Virus record (IMG/VR): IMGVR_UViG_3300032304_001168
Source: a virus
Strand: one strand, 5' to 3'
Length of the DNA stretch: 64,000 nt
The notes beneath the pieces were generated by a model. It was not told the DNA's origin. It made no database searches and saw nothing but the letters and a program-made list of their open reading frames with translations. A program made the translations under genes and the position numbers. The first letter of the stretch is position 1. Each line of letters begins with the position of its first letter. This document shows positions 11,439-20,745 of the stretch, one piece after another.

Positions 11439-11882
11439 ATGAGAATAATAATAAGTGAGAGTCAGTATAGGATATTGGCTGAGAATAAATTTAAGAAAAG
11501 TTTAGAACTGTATATGGATTTATATGATGGTGATGTAAATTCGGCATCTGAGTCAAGTGGTATTGAGTTATATAAATTTATTGAAGCTGGACTTGTCACT
11601 AAGTGTTATGGTAAATTAAACTTACAGAATAAACCAATTAAGGATTTGGGTGAATTGGAGTATGTTAGTGGTTATTTTCATTTATCTAATACTGAAATTA
11701 AAACATTGGGTAAATTGGAATGGGTTGGTCGTTCATTGGGTTTAAGTAATACAACCATTAATGATTTGGGTAATTTAAAATATGTTGGGGGTGATTTATA
11801 TTTAAGGTTATGTCCCCTCGCTAAATTAAGTGATGAAGAAATTAATAAACAAGTATATGTTGGGGGTGAAATAATAAGATAA
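11439..11882 (+). CDS. Leader-bearing leucine-rich repeat (22-aa repeat) protein
   Basis: MRIIISESQYRILAE; repeats LGxLEYVGGxLxLSNT. Confidence 0.8.
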   Translation: MRIIISESQYRILAENKFKKSLELYMDLYDGDVNSASESSGIELYKFIEAGLVTKCYGKLNLQNKPIKDLGELEYVSGYFHLSNTEIKTLGKLEWVGRSLGLSNTTINDLGNLKYVGGDLYLRLCPLAKLSDEEINKQVYVGGEIIR

Positions 11883-11883
11883 T

Positions 11884-12729
11884 ATGAGAATAATAATAAG
11901 TGAGAGTCAGTTAAGACAGATAATTGAATCTGAGAAGAAGATTAGTGATAAGAAGTTAAAGATGTATAAAGACACCATTGATTTTTTTGGTCTTGATTAT
12001 GCTTCGGATTATTTTGATATAGCACGTTGGGCATTAATTGAGATGGGTGTTGTGGAATCATATGATGAGGATTTGTACTTTGGTTATACACCAATTACTA
12101 GTTTGGGTATTTTGAAAAAAGTTGAGGGTGATTTGGATTTACGTCAAACTGATATTGAAACCTTGGGTTCTTTGGAAGAAGTTGGTGGTTTTTTGAATTT
12201 ACGTGATAGCAGAGATGATTCAGTATTAACATCATTGGGAAATTTAACATCAGTTGGGGGTTATTTGAATTTAAATTATTCCAAAATTAAAAGTTTGGAT
12301 AAACTTAAAAAAGTAGGTCGTGATTTGAATTTAGAAGGTACCAAAATTAAAAGTTTGGGGAATTTGGAAGAAGTTGGTGGGGATTTAAGTTTTTTTGATT
12401 CTCAAGTTGAAGATTTGGGTAAACTTAAATATGTTGGTGGTGATTTTGATTTACATAAAAACACCAAAATTAAAAATTTGGATAATTTGAAAGAAGTTGG
12501 TGGGGATTTAAGTTTAGCTTTTAGTGTAATTAAAAGTTTGGGTGAATTAAAATATGTTTATGGTGATTTGGATTTAAGTTATTCCGAAATTGAAAGTTTG
12601 GGGGAACTTGAATATGTTGGTGGTTCATTAAGTTTACAAGATTCCCCACTTGGGGAAAGATTAATATCAGAAATGAGTGAAGATGAGATTAAAAATAAAT
12701 TTGGTGTAAAAGGTAATTTATATATATGA
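11884..12729 (+). CDS. Leader-bearing leucine-rich repeat protein
   Basis: ~8 repeats of SLGNLEEVGGDLxL; C-cap EIKNKFGVKGNLYI. Confidence 0.85.
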   Translation: MRIIISESQLRQIIESEKKISDKKLKMYKDTIDFFGLDYASDYFDIARWALIEMGVVESYDEDLYFGYTPITSLGILKKVEGDLDLRQTDIETLGSLEEVGGFLNLRDSRDDSVLTSLGNLTSVGGYLNLNYSKIKSLDKLKKVGRDLNLEGTKIKSLGNLEEVGGDLSFFDSQVEDLGKLKYVGGDFDLHKNTKIKNLDNLKEVGGDLSLAFSVIKSLGELKYVYGDLDLSYSEIESLGELEYVGGSLSLQDSPLGERLISEMSEDEIKNKFGVKGNLYI

Positions 12730-13283
12730 AAATAATAATTAGTGAAAGACAATTAAGACAGATTATTGAGTCTAAGGAGGAAAGAAATTTATTAGAAGTT
12801 GATGTGGAGTATTTGTTAAATAATACTAGTTTGGTGGTGAGGGCTTTAAAAAAGGGGGTTGATGGGATTGTGGTTGGTGGTGATTTGTATACCATTGATT
12901 TGGAAACTGATTATGTTAATGATTTATTAAATAACCTTGTTAAAGTTTATGGGTCTTTGGATATTTGTGGTAGAATAAAACCAAGTTCATTCGATAAATT
13001 GGAGGAAGTTACTGATAATCTTTATATGAATTTTAACAAAGATATTAAATCCTTGGGTAGTTTGAAAAAAGTTGGTGGGTCATTAGTATTAAGAGGATGT
13101 AAGAATTTGGAATCATTTGGTAATTTGGAAGAAGTTGGTAAGGATTTGATTATTGGTATGACTAAATTGGTTGAATTCTCCGATGAAGAAATAAGGGAAA
13201 AAATAAAAGTTGGGGGTAAGATAAAAAGAGGATTATTGGAAAACAATAAGAGTCATAAGATTTTGAAAGAATATAAAAAGTAA
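12726..13283 (+). CDS. Leader-bearing leucine-rich repeat protein
   Basis: MKIIISERQLRQIIES; SLGSLKKVGGSLVL repeats. Confidence 0.8.
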   Translation: MKIIISERQLRQIIESKEERNLLEVDVEYLLNNTSLVVRALKKGVDGIVVGGDLYTIDLETDYVNDLLNNLVKVYGSLDICGRIKPSSFDKLEEVTDNLYMNFNKDIKSLGSLKKVGGSLVLRGCKNLESFGNLEEVGKDLIIGMTKLVEFSDEEIREKIKVGGKIKRGLLENNKSHKILKEYKK

Positions 13284-13290
13284 AAATAAT

Positions 13291-13858
13291 ATGAAAATAA
13301 TAATTAGTGAAAGACAATTAAGACAGATTATTGAGTCTAGGTATTTGAGTGGGTTTACATGAAACATCAGAGTTTTTAGATATACCTACGCTTGAATTAC
13401 TTAAAAAGATTGACTACGATATTAGTGAAATAAAACCATTTGACTTGTTTCCAGTATTGTTTGAAATGGATAAGTATTATATGGGGTGTGAAATTGATGT
13501 TAATTGGGACGATGAAAATAGTTATTTTGTTACTTGGTCATCAGATTTTAAAATAGGTGAATATTTAATTGATTGCGCAACAATGGCTCTTCCTGAATTT
13601 GAGGGTAAAGATAAGGGTAAAGTATATGTTGAGAATGCTCATTGTTGGATTGAAAAAAATTCTGGTAGACCTGAAGTTTTTAATAATTTTTTTGATTATG
13701 ATGTTAGAACAATTGATTTTGATATTCCCACCGAATTTGAGAGTTGGGATGCTATGATTGAATGGTATAAGACTGAATATATGCCAAATGTTTATGAGAT
13801 AATGAAAGAACAAGCGAAAGAAACAATTAAACAATTAAAAAAGAAGAACGAAATATAA
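13291..13858 (+). pseudogene. Leader fused out of frame to 169-aa ORF 13349-13858
   Basis: 13291-13339 is identical to the first 49 nt of the 12726 gene; the leader frame stops after ..IIESRYLSGFT. Confidence 0.6.
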
Positions 13859-14256
13859 TGAAAGTAATAATTAGTGAGAGTCAGTATAAATTGATTAATG
13901 AGGTAATAAAAAAATCTTCATTTCAAAATACATTAAATGAAACACTTAAAATGTTAAAGGATGCTGCTGAAGAAGAACCTAGGGATTTTCGTACTATTTT
14001 CTCGGATAATATTGATAATGTTAAAAGTATTGATATTGTCAGTATTAATAAAGAATACATTCGTAGTGATATAAAACTAATTATTAATGTTGTCGTAACG
14101 CTTGAGTTTGATATTCCATTTGGAAAATGGGAAGCGATTGCTGAAATATTGGATGAGTTACGATATTATATGAAACCAGAAATGATAATTGATTTTAAAT
14201 TACAATTGGCCGATGGTGGTGTCATAATATTAAATAATATTGAAAGGGATATATGA
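13858..14256 (+). CDS. Hypothetical protein with MKVIISESQYKLINE leader
   Basis: 132-aa ORF. Confidence 0.8.
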   Translation: MKVIISESQYKLINEVIKKSSFQNTLNETLKMLKDAAEEEPRDFRTIFSDNIDNVKSIDIVSINKEYIRSDIKLIINVVVTLEFDIPFGKWEAIAEILDELRYYMKPEMIIDFKLQLADGGVIILNNIERDI

Positions 14257-14679
14257 AAATAATAATTAATGAGAGACAATTGAGAACTATTATTGAATCT
14301 GAGAAGAAGGTTAGTGATAAGAAATTCAAGGCATAATGAATGTGGTTTAAGTTATGATTCTTTTTATGAAACTATAAATTGGGTTTGTAGTTTTGATGAG
14401 GGTAATCAAATGATAACAACATTAACTTACGCTACCCCTTATTTCACCGAAGACGATTATGGTAGTATACCTGTTGAAACAGAAGAAATCGAGGTTGTTA
14501 AAGATGGTGAAAAAGAAGAATATGGTAGTATGAGTAGTATTTATTGGACAACTATTCATGGTCCAACTGAATTTAAGAATGCCGATAAATTAATTCATTG
14601 GTTTGAGAATGACTATAAACTTGGGGCATATAAAGTAATAAAAACACATCTTAAAGATATCAAGGAAAGATATACATAA
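14253..14679 (+). pseudogene. Leader (27 aa, stop 14334-14336) out of frame with paralog of the 13349 ORF
   Basis: MKIIINERQLRTIIESEKKVSDKKFKA* resembles the 11884 N-terminus; downstream PTEFKNADKLIHWF matches PTEFESWDAMIEWY. Confidence 0.6.
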
Positions 14680-14697
14680 AACAAATTAAAAAAAATT

Positions 14698-15372
14698 ATG
14701 AGGCTTAACAAATTTTTTGAGGAATACTTAAGAGATGAATTCCACGGTAATAAAATAGAATATGAGGGATTGTTCTTGGAATTTAATTATAATAAAAATA
14801 CTGGTGAAATGGAGTGGTCAATTGATAATCCAAATGATGTGTCTTATCTTAGGGGCGGAATTTCTGGGTTTATTGATGAATGGGTTTCATATTTTTTAAA
14901 TGCTGCTGGTTCAAGTGATTATCATAGGGAAATGAGTAGAAAACAATCATATGTTAATATGATACCAAAAGGAGCATACATAAATGCTGTTGATCGTAAA
15001 GAATTTTTAAAATTGGCACAAATTCCAAAAATATATCATTATTATGATGTTTTAGCTAAATTAAATGTTTTTGATATAGATTTTGAGGATGATGGTGCAG
15101 GTCAAGGATTGGGAATAAATATACATATGAAATTGATTAATCCAATTGATTCAAGAACTAGAAATAAACTTACATATAATGAAGTTGGGGAAAGATTAGC
15201 TGGTTTGAATACTGATGATGATTTTCTTGAATATATTGATGGATTATTTAATGATTTGGCTAGTGAGATATATGACAATCGTCCAACAATATTTGACCGA
15301 AATAATATGTATATTAATATATACCCTTATTTTTATACAAGTGAAGGAAAACAAATAAAACATTGGTATTAA
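14698..15372 (+). CDS. Hypothetical protein
   Basis: 224-aa ORF. Confidence 0.75.
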   Translation: MRLNKFFEEYLRDEFHGNKIEYEGLFLEFNYNKNTGEMEWSIDNPNDVSYLRGGISGFIDEWVSYFLNAAGSSDYHREMSRKQSYVNMIPKGAYINAVDRKEFLKLAQIPKIYHYYDVLAKLNVFDIDFEDDGAGQGLGINIHMKLINPIDSRTRNKLTYNEVGERLAGLNTDDDFLEYIDGLFNDLASEIYDNRPTIFDRNNMYINIYPYFYTSEGKQIKHWY

Positions 15373-15767
15373 AAATCATCATCAAAAAATTTAAATGATT
15401 TATCTATTTCAAGAATGGGTCTATTTTCAAATTCTTCTTCATATCTTGTATTCAAATAATCAATTAATGTTTTTTCATATTCTTCATTAGTTAATGATAA
15501 AAAATTCTTTAGTAAGGATTTAATTGGTTTGATGAAATCAAATTCTTTAATAAAGAAGTTACCCCAATGATTCTTCTCAAATACTTTGTTTCCATCATCA
15601 TCTAACCACTGATATGCAATAAGTTCTGGTTCATTTGGGTAAAGTCTTTCAATTGTTAGGTTATTGAATATTTCATCTAATTCATTTTCTAGAATTTTAA
15701 GTTTTTTACTTTCATTAAGAGTCCCCATCATTTCTTGGATTCTATTTAATTGTTCTTGTAGATTCAT
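15369..15767 (-). CDS. Hypothetical protein with MNLQEQLNRIQEMMGTLNE leader
   Basis: Likely start at 15767 (leader Met). Confidence 0.75.
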   Translation of the reverse strand: MNLQEQLNRIQEMMGTLNESKKLKILENELDEIFNNLTIERLYPNEPELIAYQWLDDDGNKVFEKNHWGNFFIKEFDFIKPIKSLLKNFLSLTNEEYEKTLIDYLNTRYEEEFENRPILEIDKSFKFFDDDF

Positions 15768-16009
15768 TTCTTTGTCTTTTTTATACAATTAGGATATCTT
15801 TTACCAAACATTGTTTTCATTCCTTTTTGGGTATAACCAGGCCAACATTTTTCGGTTAATTCTTTTTTTGAATTATCATTTCCACATTTGTGACATAGAT
15901 ATGGTTCATCACCACCTTCAGAGAATTTCCAAGACCAACCACATTTACAAGTTACCTTTTTATCAAATTCTTCTCTTAATATTCTTCTTATTGTTTGTTG
16001 TAGGCTCAT
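15764..16009 (-). CDS. Small Cys-rich leader-bearing protein
   Basis: MSLQQTIRRILREE; CKCG..CHKC zinc ribbon; CWPGYTQKGMK..PNC motif. Confidence 0.75.
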   Translation of the reverse strand: MSLQQTIRRILREEFDKKVTCKCGWSWKFSEGGDEPYLCHKCGNDNSKKELTEKCWPGYTQKGMKTMFGKRYPNCIKKTKK

Positions 16010-16062
16010 ATTACAGCATCTAAATATTTAAAAATTAATTTATAATCATCCAAAGATTTAGT

Positions 16063-16587
16063 TTACTGGATTAATTTTTCACCCATCTCACTAAAATCAT
16101 TTTCTATGATAGTTTCATCGTCATCAAGACCAAATACATTTACAATTTTATCATCAATAAATGTTTTTTCACTATCTTTCTGACCTATATAATTTGGGTT
16201 AATATAGAAATCAAACTCTTCTTCATTTTCATATCTGATAATTTGGATTAATATACTTACATCACTATTTTTATCTTTGATTTTATAACCATAAACCAAA
16301 CCATAATATAAATCCTTCCATTTTTCATAATCACCATAAGGCCATAATTCTTCAATAATATCAAATACATTTTTATTTTTATTGAAAAAATCGTTTTCAT
16401 CTAAATCAACAAATATTATATCAGCCCCCATACTTAAATTTGGTGACCATAAATAATCAAATTTTTTTACATACTCTGAATTCTTTAATATTTTAAAAAG
16501 TATGGATTTTATTATATCATAATTCTTGGATTCTAATATAATTCCCATCATTGATTGGATTCTATTTATTTGTTCTTGTAGGTTCAT
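16063..16587 (-). CDS. Hypothetical protein with MNLQEQINRIQSMMGIILE leader
   Basis: 174-aa ORF. Confidence 0.75.
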   Translation of the reverse strand: MNLQEQINRIQSMMGIILESKNYDIIKSILFKILKNSEYVKKFDYLWSPNLSMGADIIFVDLDENDFFNKNKNVFDIIEELWPYGDYEKWKDLYYGLVYGYKIKDKNSDVSILIQIIRYENEEEFDFYINPNYIGQKDSEKTFIDDKIVNVFGLDDDETIIENDFSEMGEKLIQ

Positions 16588-17156
16588 ATCCTAATTTTTT
16601 CTATATTTTTGATTACATTTTTTCCCCAAATACAACCACCTTCAACATCCCAAGGATAATACCAACAATATTTATTTCGACCATCCCAATCATATGGTGA
16701 TATTTCAATACCATCATATATTTTAGCAACTTCTTGCCAATCAATAAAGTTTTTATATTGCCATATTGCACAACGTTTAGAATTTTCAACTCCAAATTGT
16801 TTATTAAAACTATATAATTCATCTTCATTAGTAATGAATAAAATTTTACTTTCATCTAATTCAATTTTAAATACATTTTCTTTTTCCCAATGAGGCATTT
16901 CAATACGAACCCAATCAATCCAACTTGTCCCAATTCCATACCATATTCCTTTTGGTTTATTACCAACTTCTTGTACTCCAATTGGAACTGAATTTATTTC
17001 TCCATAATACTTGAATTCTAAATTTTCATCTGATGTCATAACCAATTTAGAATTGGAATATTCTTTTTCAATTTTATCGTAAATTTCATCTGAAACTTCA
17101 TTGAGGTTAAGTTTCATCATTTCTTGGATTCTATTTATTTGTTCTTGTAGTTTCAT
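16584..17156 (-). CDS. Trp-rich phage protein with MKLQEQINRIQEMM leader
   Basis: Likely start at 17156; KPKGIWYG..IDWQEVAKIYDGIEI..WDV motifs. Confidence 0.7.
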   Translation of the reverse strand: MKLQEQINRIQEMMKLNLNEVSDEIYDKIEKEYSNSKLVMTSDENLEFKYYGEINSVPIGVQEVGNKPKGIWYGIGTSWIDWVRIEMPHWEKENVFKIELDESKILFITNEDELYSFNKQFGVENSKRCAIWQYKNFIDWQEVAKIYDGIEISPYDWDGRNKYCWYYPWDVEGGCIWGKNVIKNIEKIRI

Positions 17157-17295
17157 TTTGTATATATTATCAATATAAATATTAAAAGATAAATAAAAAA
17201 GGTGATAAGATTTGCCTATCACCTTTTAATATGGATTTTTTTTGATTATATGTGTTTACTCGTGCTCTATTGACCCAGAAGTCCGTTTTTAATTT

Positions 17296-17685
17296 TTATA
17301 TGTTTTTGGATATAATCTTATTATATTCTTCATCACATAGAGTTCTATACCATCCAATATCAGTTCTGAGTTTACCAGGTTTTCCTGTTACTTCACAAAT
17401 GTTCATACTTTCAATTTCAGCTTGAGATATTCTTTTATGGGCTTCACTTGTTGCCGCATTGATGTAGAATCTCAATCCTCCGAACTTTTCTTTAACTTGA
17501 CATACTTCTTTATTCCAACCAAGTTCAATAAGGTCGGTGATAAGGTCTTTGATAAGAGGAAACCAACCTGACCCAACTTCAAAGAAATCTGAATCTGTGA
17601 TTGGATTTGATTCCAAATTAAAACCATTTTTAAAGCCCCCAATTGATTGGAGGAATTCATCCATTTGTTCTTTGTTCATAATCAA
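17296..17685 (-). CDS. Conserved phage hypothetical protein (QVKEKFGGLRFY motif)
   Basis: 129 aa; recurrent phage motif. Confidence 0.75.
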   Translation of the reverse strand: MIMNKEQMDEFLQSIGGFKNGFNLESNPITDSDFFEVGSGWFPLIKDLITDLIELGWNKEVCQVKEKFGGLRFYINAATSEAHKRISQAEIESMNICEVTGKPGKLRTDIGWYRTLCDEEYNKIISKNI

Positions 17686-17941
17686 TTATATTTTTTATAA
17701 GGTTTAACATTGTTTCATTCTCCATATAACCATCAAATTGTTCTCCGTGATTATCTATGGATAGAATATTATCGCCATTAATAGCGTCAAATACTTTGAT
17801 TGTTGGTTCTTTACTGACATAGACATTAAAATTACCCCATCTATATCTGATATAGAACATTCTTCCATCCTCAAAAGTTCCTTGCCATTGAGATGGAGAT
17901 ACCTCACAGGTTTTAATTAATTCTTTGATTTTGGGTTTCAT
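17657..17941 (-). CDS. Hypothetical protein (PSQW..YIRYRWG motif)
   Basis: 94-aa ORF. Confidence 0.7.
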   Translation of the reverse strand: MKPKIKELIKTCEVSPSQWQGTFEDGRMFYIRYRWGNFNVYVSKEPTIKVFDAINGDNILSIDNHGEQFDGYMENETMLNLIKNIIDYEQRTNG

Positions 17942-17999
17942 ATCTTTAATGTTGATTAAGATATATTATTGATTTTGTTGGGGTTAGGGTGAGTGGCGT

Positions 18000-18016
18000 A
18001 TATATACTAGTTATGT
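18000..18016 (+). mobile_element. attI-like site of orphan cassette array
   Basis: ATATACTAGTTATGT matches ATATTCTAGTTATAC next to the integrase; GTTATGTTT is complementary to AAACATAAC ending the first cassette. Confidence 0.6.
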
Positions 18017-18031
18017 TTAATTTTAAAAATT

Positions 18032-18328
18032 TTATGAATTTGTTTTATGCTTCGCAATCCACTCATCATAAGTTATTGAATTTTCATTTAGATATTTTTT
18101 AGATATATCAGCATTCCATTTTTTCATTTCTTCGTATGTCATTCCTTTCAATGCTAATGAACAATTTAAGTCAAATGAAAATTCAATACCACCAGTCCAA
18201 ATAACTTCATAAAAAACTGATGTGTCTTTGTGCCAATCATTACTGTTAATAGCATCACCATTCATTGTTATAAAAGCATCAGTTATTTGCTTCATATATG
18301 CTTCGTATTCTTTTTGATATTCTCTCAT
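18032..18328 (-). CDS. Cassette gene A, hypothetical
   Basis: 98 aa between the attI-like site and attC A. Confidence 0.75.
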   Translation of the reverse strand: MREYQKEYEAYMKQITDAFITMNGDAINSNDWHKDTSVFYEVIWTGGIEFSFDLNCSLALKGMTYEEMKKWNADISKKYLNENSITYDEWIAKHKTNS

Positions 18329-18359
18329 TTTTTATTTGTATAAAATTTTTAAAACTAAA

Positions 18360-18413
18360 ACATAACAACAAATATATTACATTAAAACGACAATATATTT
18401 GCGACCGTTAGTG
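18360..18413 (+). mobile_element. attC-like site A (54 bp)
   Basis: ACATAAC..CAAATATATT-AC-ATTAAAAC-GAC-AATATATTTG..GTTAGTG. Confidence 0.8.
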
Positions 18414-18418
18414 ATAAT

Positions 18419-18676
18419 TTATCTTCGTTTGTATAACATTTCCTTTTCTTCGTCAAAATGAAAATTGTTTTCTTTCGCAAAAGACCTAACCATTTTCTTA
18501 AACGCAACATATTCCCAAGTTGTTAGTTTTTCACTATTAAACAATTTTCTCATTTTGTGTAAAAGACCATTTTCGTTTCTTGTCGAACCATCTTGATATA
18601 AACTATCACTAACATCAGATATATTCAAGTTTTCTTCTGATTCGTTAAATCTTTTTATGTGTTTTAAATCTTTCAT
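18419..18676 (-). CDS. Cassette gene B, starts inside attC B, MKDLKHIKRFNE leader
   Basis: 85 aa; codons ISDVSDS cross the left box of attC B. Confidence 0.75.
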   Translation of the reverse strand: MKDLKHIKRFNESEENLNISDVSDSLYQDGSTRNENGLLHKMRKLFNSEKLTTWEYVAFKKMVRSFAKENNFHFDEEKEMLYKRR

Positions 18677-18743
18677 ATTATTAAATTATTTTTTTAGTAT
18701 ATATTAAAAAAGAAAACCTAAATATATCTGAATATCGTTAGGT
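18607..18743 (+). mobile_element. attC-like site B (137 bp)
   Basis: CACTAAC; TCAGATATATT (18615-25) pairs with AATATATCTGA (18721-31); GTTAGGT; TATCACTAAC complements GTTAGTGATA at the cassette start. Confidence 0.7.
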
Positions 18744-18962
18744 TTAATCATTAATTTGTTTTGAATCGCCTATCATATTTTTAATTCTATCAACTTCTGT
18801 TAAGTGTTTTTCAATTCGTTCTTTGAATCTATGTTCATATTCCTTATCAACTTCACCCAAGTCGGTTGTTTCAAGATATTTTTTAGGTAATCCTTTACCC
18901 ATAGTTTCCTTGAGTTTATTTTGAAAATACTCAAGTTCTTCGTTTGTGTTTTTATTTTCCAT
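18744..18962 (-). CDS. Cassette gene C, hypothetical
   Basis: 72 aa; own TACCTTTG -7 box at 18978-18985. Confidence 0.7.
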   Translation of the reverse strand: MENKNTNEELEYFQNKLKETMGKGLPKKYLETTDLGEVDKEYEHRFKERIEKHLTEVDRIKNMIGDSKQIND

Positions 18963-19003
18963 ATTCTATATTTTTTACAAAGGTAAAACAAATTAATGAC
19001 AAA

Positions 19004-19057
19004 ACCTAACAAATGATAAACAACATTAAAACGATTGTTTATCATCAGACGTTATAA
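19004..19057 (+). mobile_element. attC-like site C (54 bp)
   Basis: ACCTAAC..ATGATAAACAA-C-ATTAAAAC-GA-TTGTTTATCAT..GTTATAA. Confidence 0.8.
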
Positions 19058-19102
19058 AACATTTAAAGATTCATCATTTTTATAATTCCCTTTAGTATCA
19101 TA

Positions 19103-19492
19103 TCAGAACCATCCTGTTTTTTTTAATTCGTTAAGAAATGACCTAAAGTGTTTAATACCATTTTCATTCATTTCTTCTAACGCTTCCTTGATTGAATCAG
19201 GGTTATTTTCATAAACGCCTTTAATCCATTTCATATTATCCCAATAATCATCTTTCCAAGGTTTGATATTTTTATTAGTAAACTTTATATCAAAACCATC
19301 ATAGAAAGTTTCATTATCATCTTTGTATGTTCTTATGGCTTCCCAACTATAATCTTCATTTTCATAATGAGTACTTAATGATGTATGTATTTTTACATCA
19401 AGGAATTCAGGTTGTGGTTCAGTTTCTCTAACATACCAAACACCATCAATTTGTATTCTGTCTTTCATCTTATTTGTTTTTAACTTTATCAA
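19103..19492 (-). CDS. Hypothetical protein
   Basis: 129 aa (start may be MKDRIQ). Confidence 0.7.
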   Translation of the reverse strand: MIKLKTNKMKDRIQIDGVWYVRETEPQPEFLDVKIHTSLSTHYENEDYSWEAIRTYKDDNETFYDGFDIKFTNKNIKPWKDDYWDNMKWIKGVYENNPDSIKEALEEMNENGIKHFRSFLNELKKTGWF

Positions 19493-19886
19493 TCAATATA
19501 TTAATTAGAACATCTTCAGCCTCCTCATAAGTTCCATAATAATCATCATAAATTTTATCTTTGAATCCCTCCCATATACAATATGTGAATATGTTTGTTA
19601 TATCAAAACCCCCTTCAATGAGTCCAATGATATTATATTTCTCTCTGAACCATCGTAGAACTTGTTGTTTGAGTGGTGCTGTAACTTTATTGATTTTAGT
19701 TACGTCACTATTTTTAGCTGAATTTATCTCATAAGATGATAGTTGTGGTACTGTCATCAATTTATTTTCATCATCTTGGTTATAGCCAAATAAACAATGT
19801 TCATTAAATCCCAACTCTTTAAGTTGGAGTGCTTGTTCGTAAGATACAAATAAGTTTTTCATATTATTTTTGTTTAAGGATTTCAA
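19470..19886 (-). CDS. Phage hypothetical protein (YEQALQLKELGF..WFREKY family)
   Basis: Paralog of 19864-20250. Confidence 0.7.
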   Translation of the reverse strand: MKSLNKNNMKNLFVSYEQALQLKELGFNEHCLFGYNQDDENKLMTVPQLSSYEINSAKNSDVTKINKVTAPLKQQVLRWFREKYNIIGLIEGGFDITNIFTYCIWEGFKDKIYDDYYGTYEEAEDVLINILIDKVKNK

Positions 19887-20250
19887 TTAACTTGTCGATA
19901 AGAGCATTCTCACATTCCTCATACGTATCGTATTTATGTCCCTCCCACCTATCATCGTGTGTGTTGATGTAGTATCTGCACCAAGGATACATTCCTTCAA
20001 TATACCCATACAATTCATACTTCTCTCTGAACCATTTGAAACATTGTGAGAATGTTGGCAATCCAATGTTCTCAACTTTGGATCCCCAAATTTGGGTACT
20101 CCATTCTTCGTGACTATTTGTAATTGGACTTCTTTGTTCTGAAAAACAATATCTGACATCTTCATCAGGCATATTATACCAAGCCTAGCAAAGTTCATCG
20201 AATCCAAGTTGTTTGAGTTCTAGAGCTTGAGTGTGTGTGATAAATTCCAT
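19864..20250 (-). pseudogene. Paralog of the 19470 gene with in-frame TAG at 20185-20187
   Basis: MEFITHTQALELKQLGFDELC*AWYNMPDE..; frame continues into ORF 19864-20172. Confidence 0.7.
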
Positions 20251-20288
20251 TATTGTGTTTTGTTTTTTTGTTAGGACAAAGATATGAT

Positions 20289-20540
20289 TTAATCCTCAAT
20301 TTCCAAAATGTAATTTGAGTTTTTGGTTGAAAATATTAATTTATTTCCATCTTTGGTGAATGAGGTAATTTCTGTGGTTAACCAAGTATAAGTGAAATAA
20401 TGGGGATTAATCATAACTGACCTACCTTCAGCTGGTTCATCGTGTTTATTGGAAAATCTTCCATATTCATCCCATTCAATGAATATCACTTGTTCACCTA
20501 TTATGGTTTTATTGTCTTTTTCTTTGGTTAATCTGTACAT
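20289..20540 (-). CDS. Hypothetical protein
   Basis: 83 aa. Confidence 0.7.
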   Translation of the reverse strand: MYRLTKEKDNKTIIGEQVIFIEWDEYGRFSNKHDEPAEGRSVMINPHYFTYTWLTTEITSFTKDGNKLIFSTKNSNYILEIED

Positions 20541-20633
20541 ATATTTGTGTTAGGTTCGATGTTTGTAATTTGTTTTGGATTAGTTATAGAAGTCGTTATA
20601 TTCTATATAAGTTTCATAATTATCAGTTTTTTG

Positions 20634-20745
20634 TAGTCCTGACAGGATTCGAACCTGCATTTGTATATATTTGTGACCTCGACTGCCGTTGTATCCTCAA
20701 ACTAAATCACCTGCCGATGTGCGTCTACCATTCCGCCACAGGACT
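20634..20745 (-). tRNA. Atypical tRNA-like RNA (Leu-type D arm, no canonical anticodon loop)
   Basis: Acceptor AGTCCTG/CAGGACT; D arm TGGCGGAATGGTAGACGC; T arm GCAGGTTCGAATCCTGT; ~112 nt. Confidence 0.75.

Noticed and set aside
11439-13283. Diversity-generating retroelement acting on LRR genes
   Set aside because: No reverse transcriptase and no adenine-specific template/variable repeat pair seen
20185-20187. Genome-wide TAG reassignment (code 15)
   Set aside because: Long ORFs are intact under code 11, and TAG ends genes such as dnaJ (52070), 9985-10383 and 33511-34503
20634-20745. tmRNA partner for SmpB
   Set aside because: Acceptor stem is not Ala-type, the D arm is tRNA-Leu-like, and it is too short for a tag ORF
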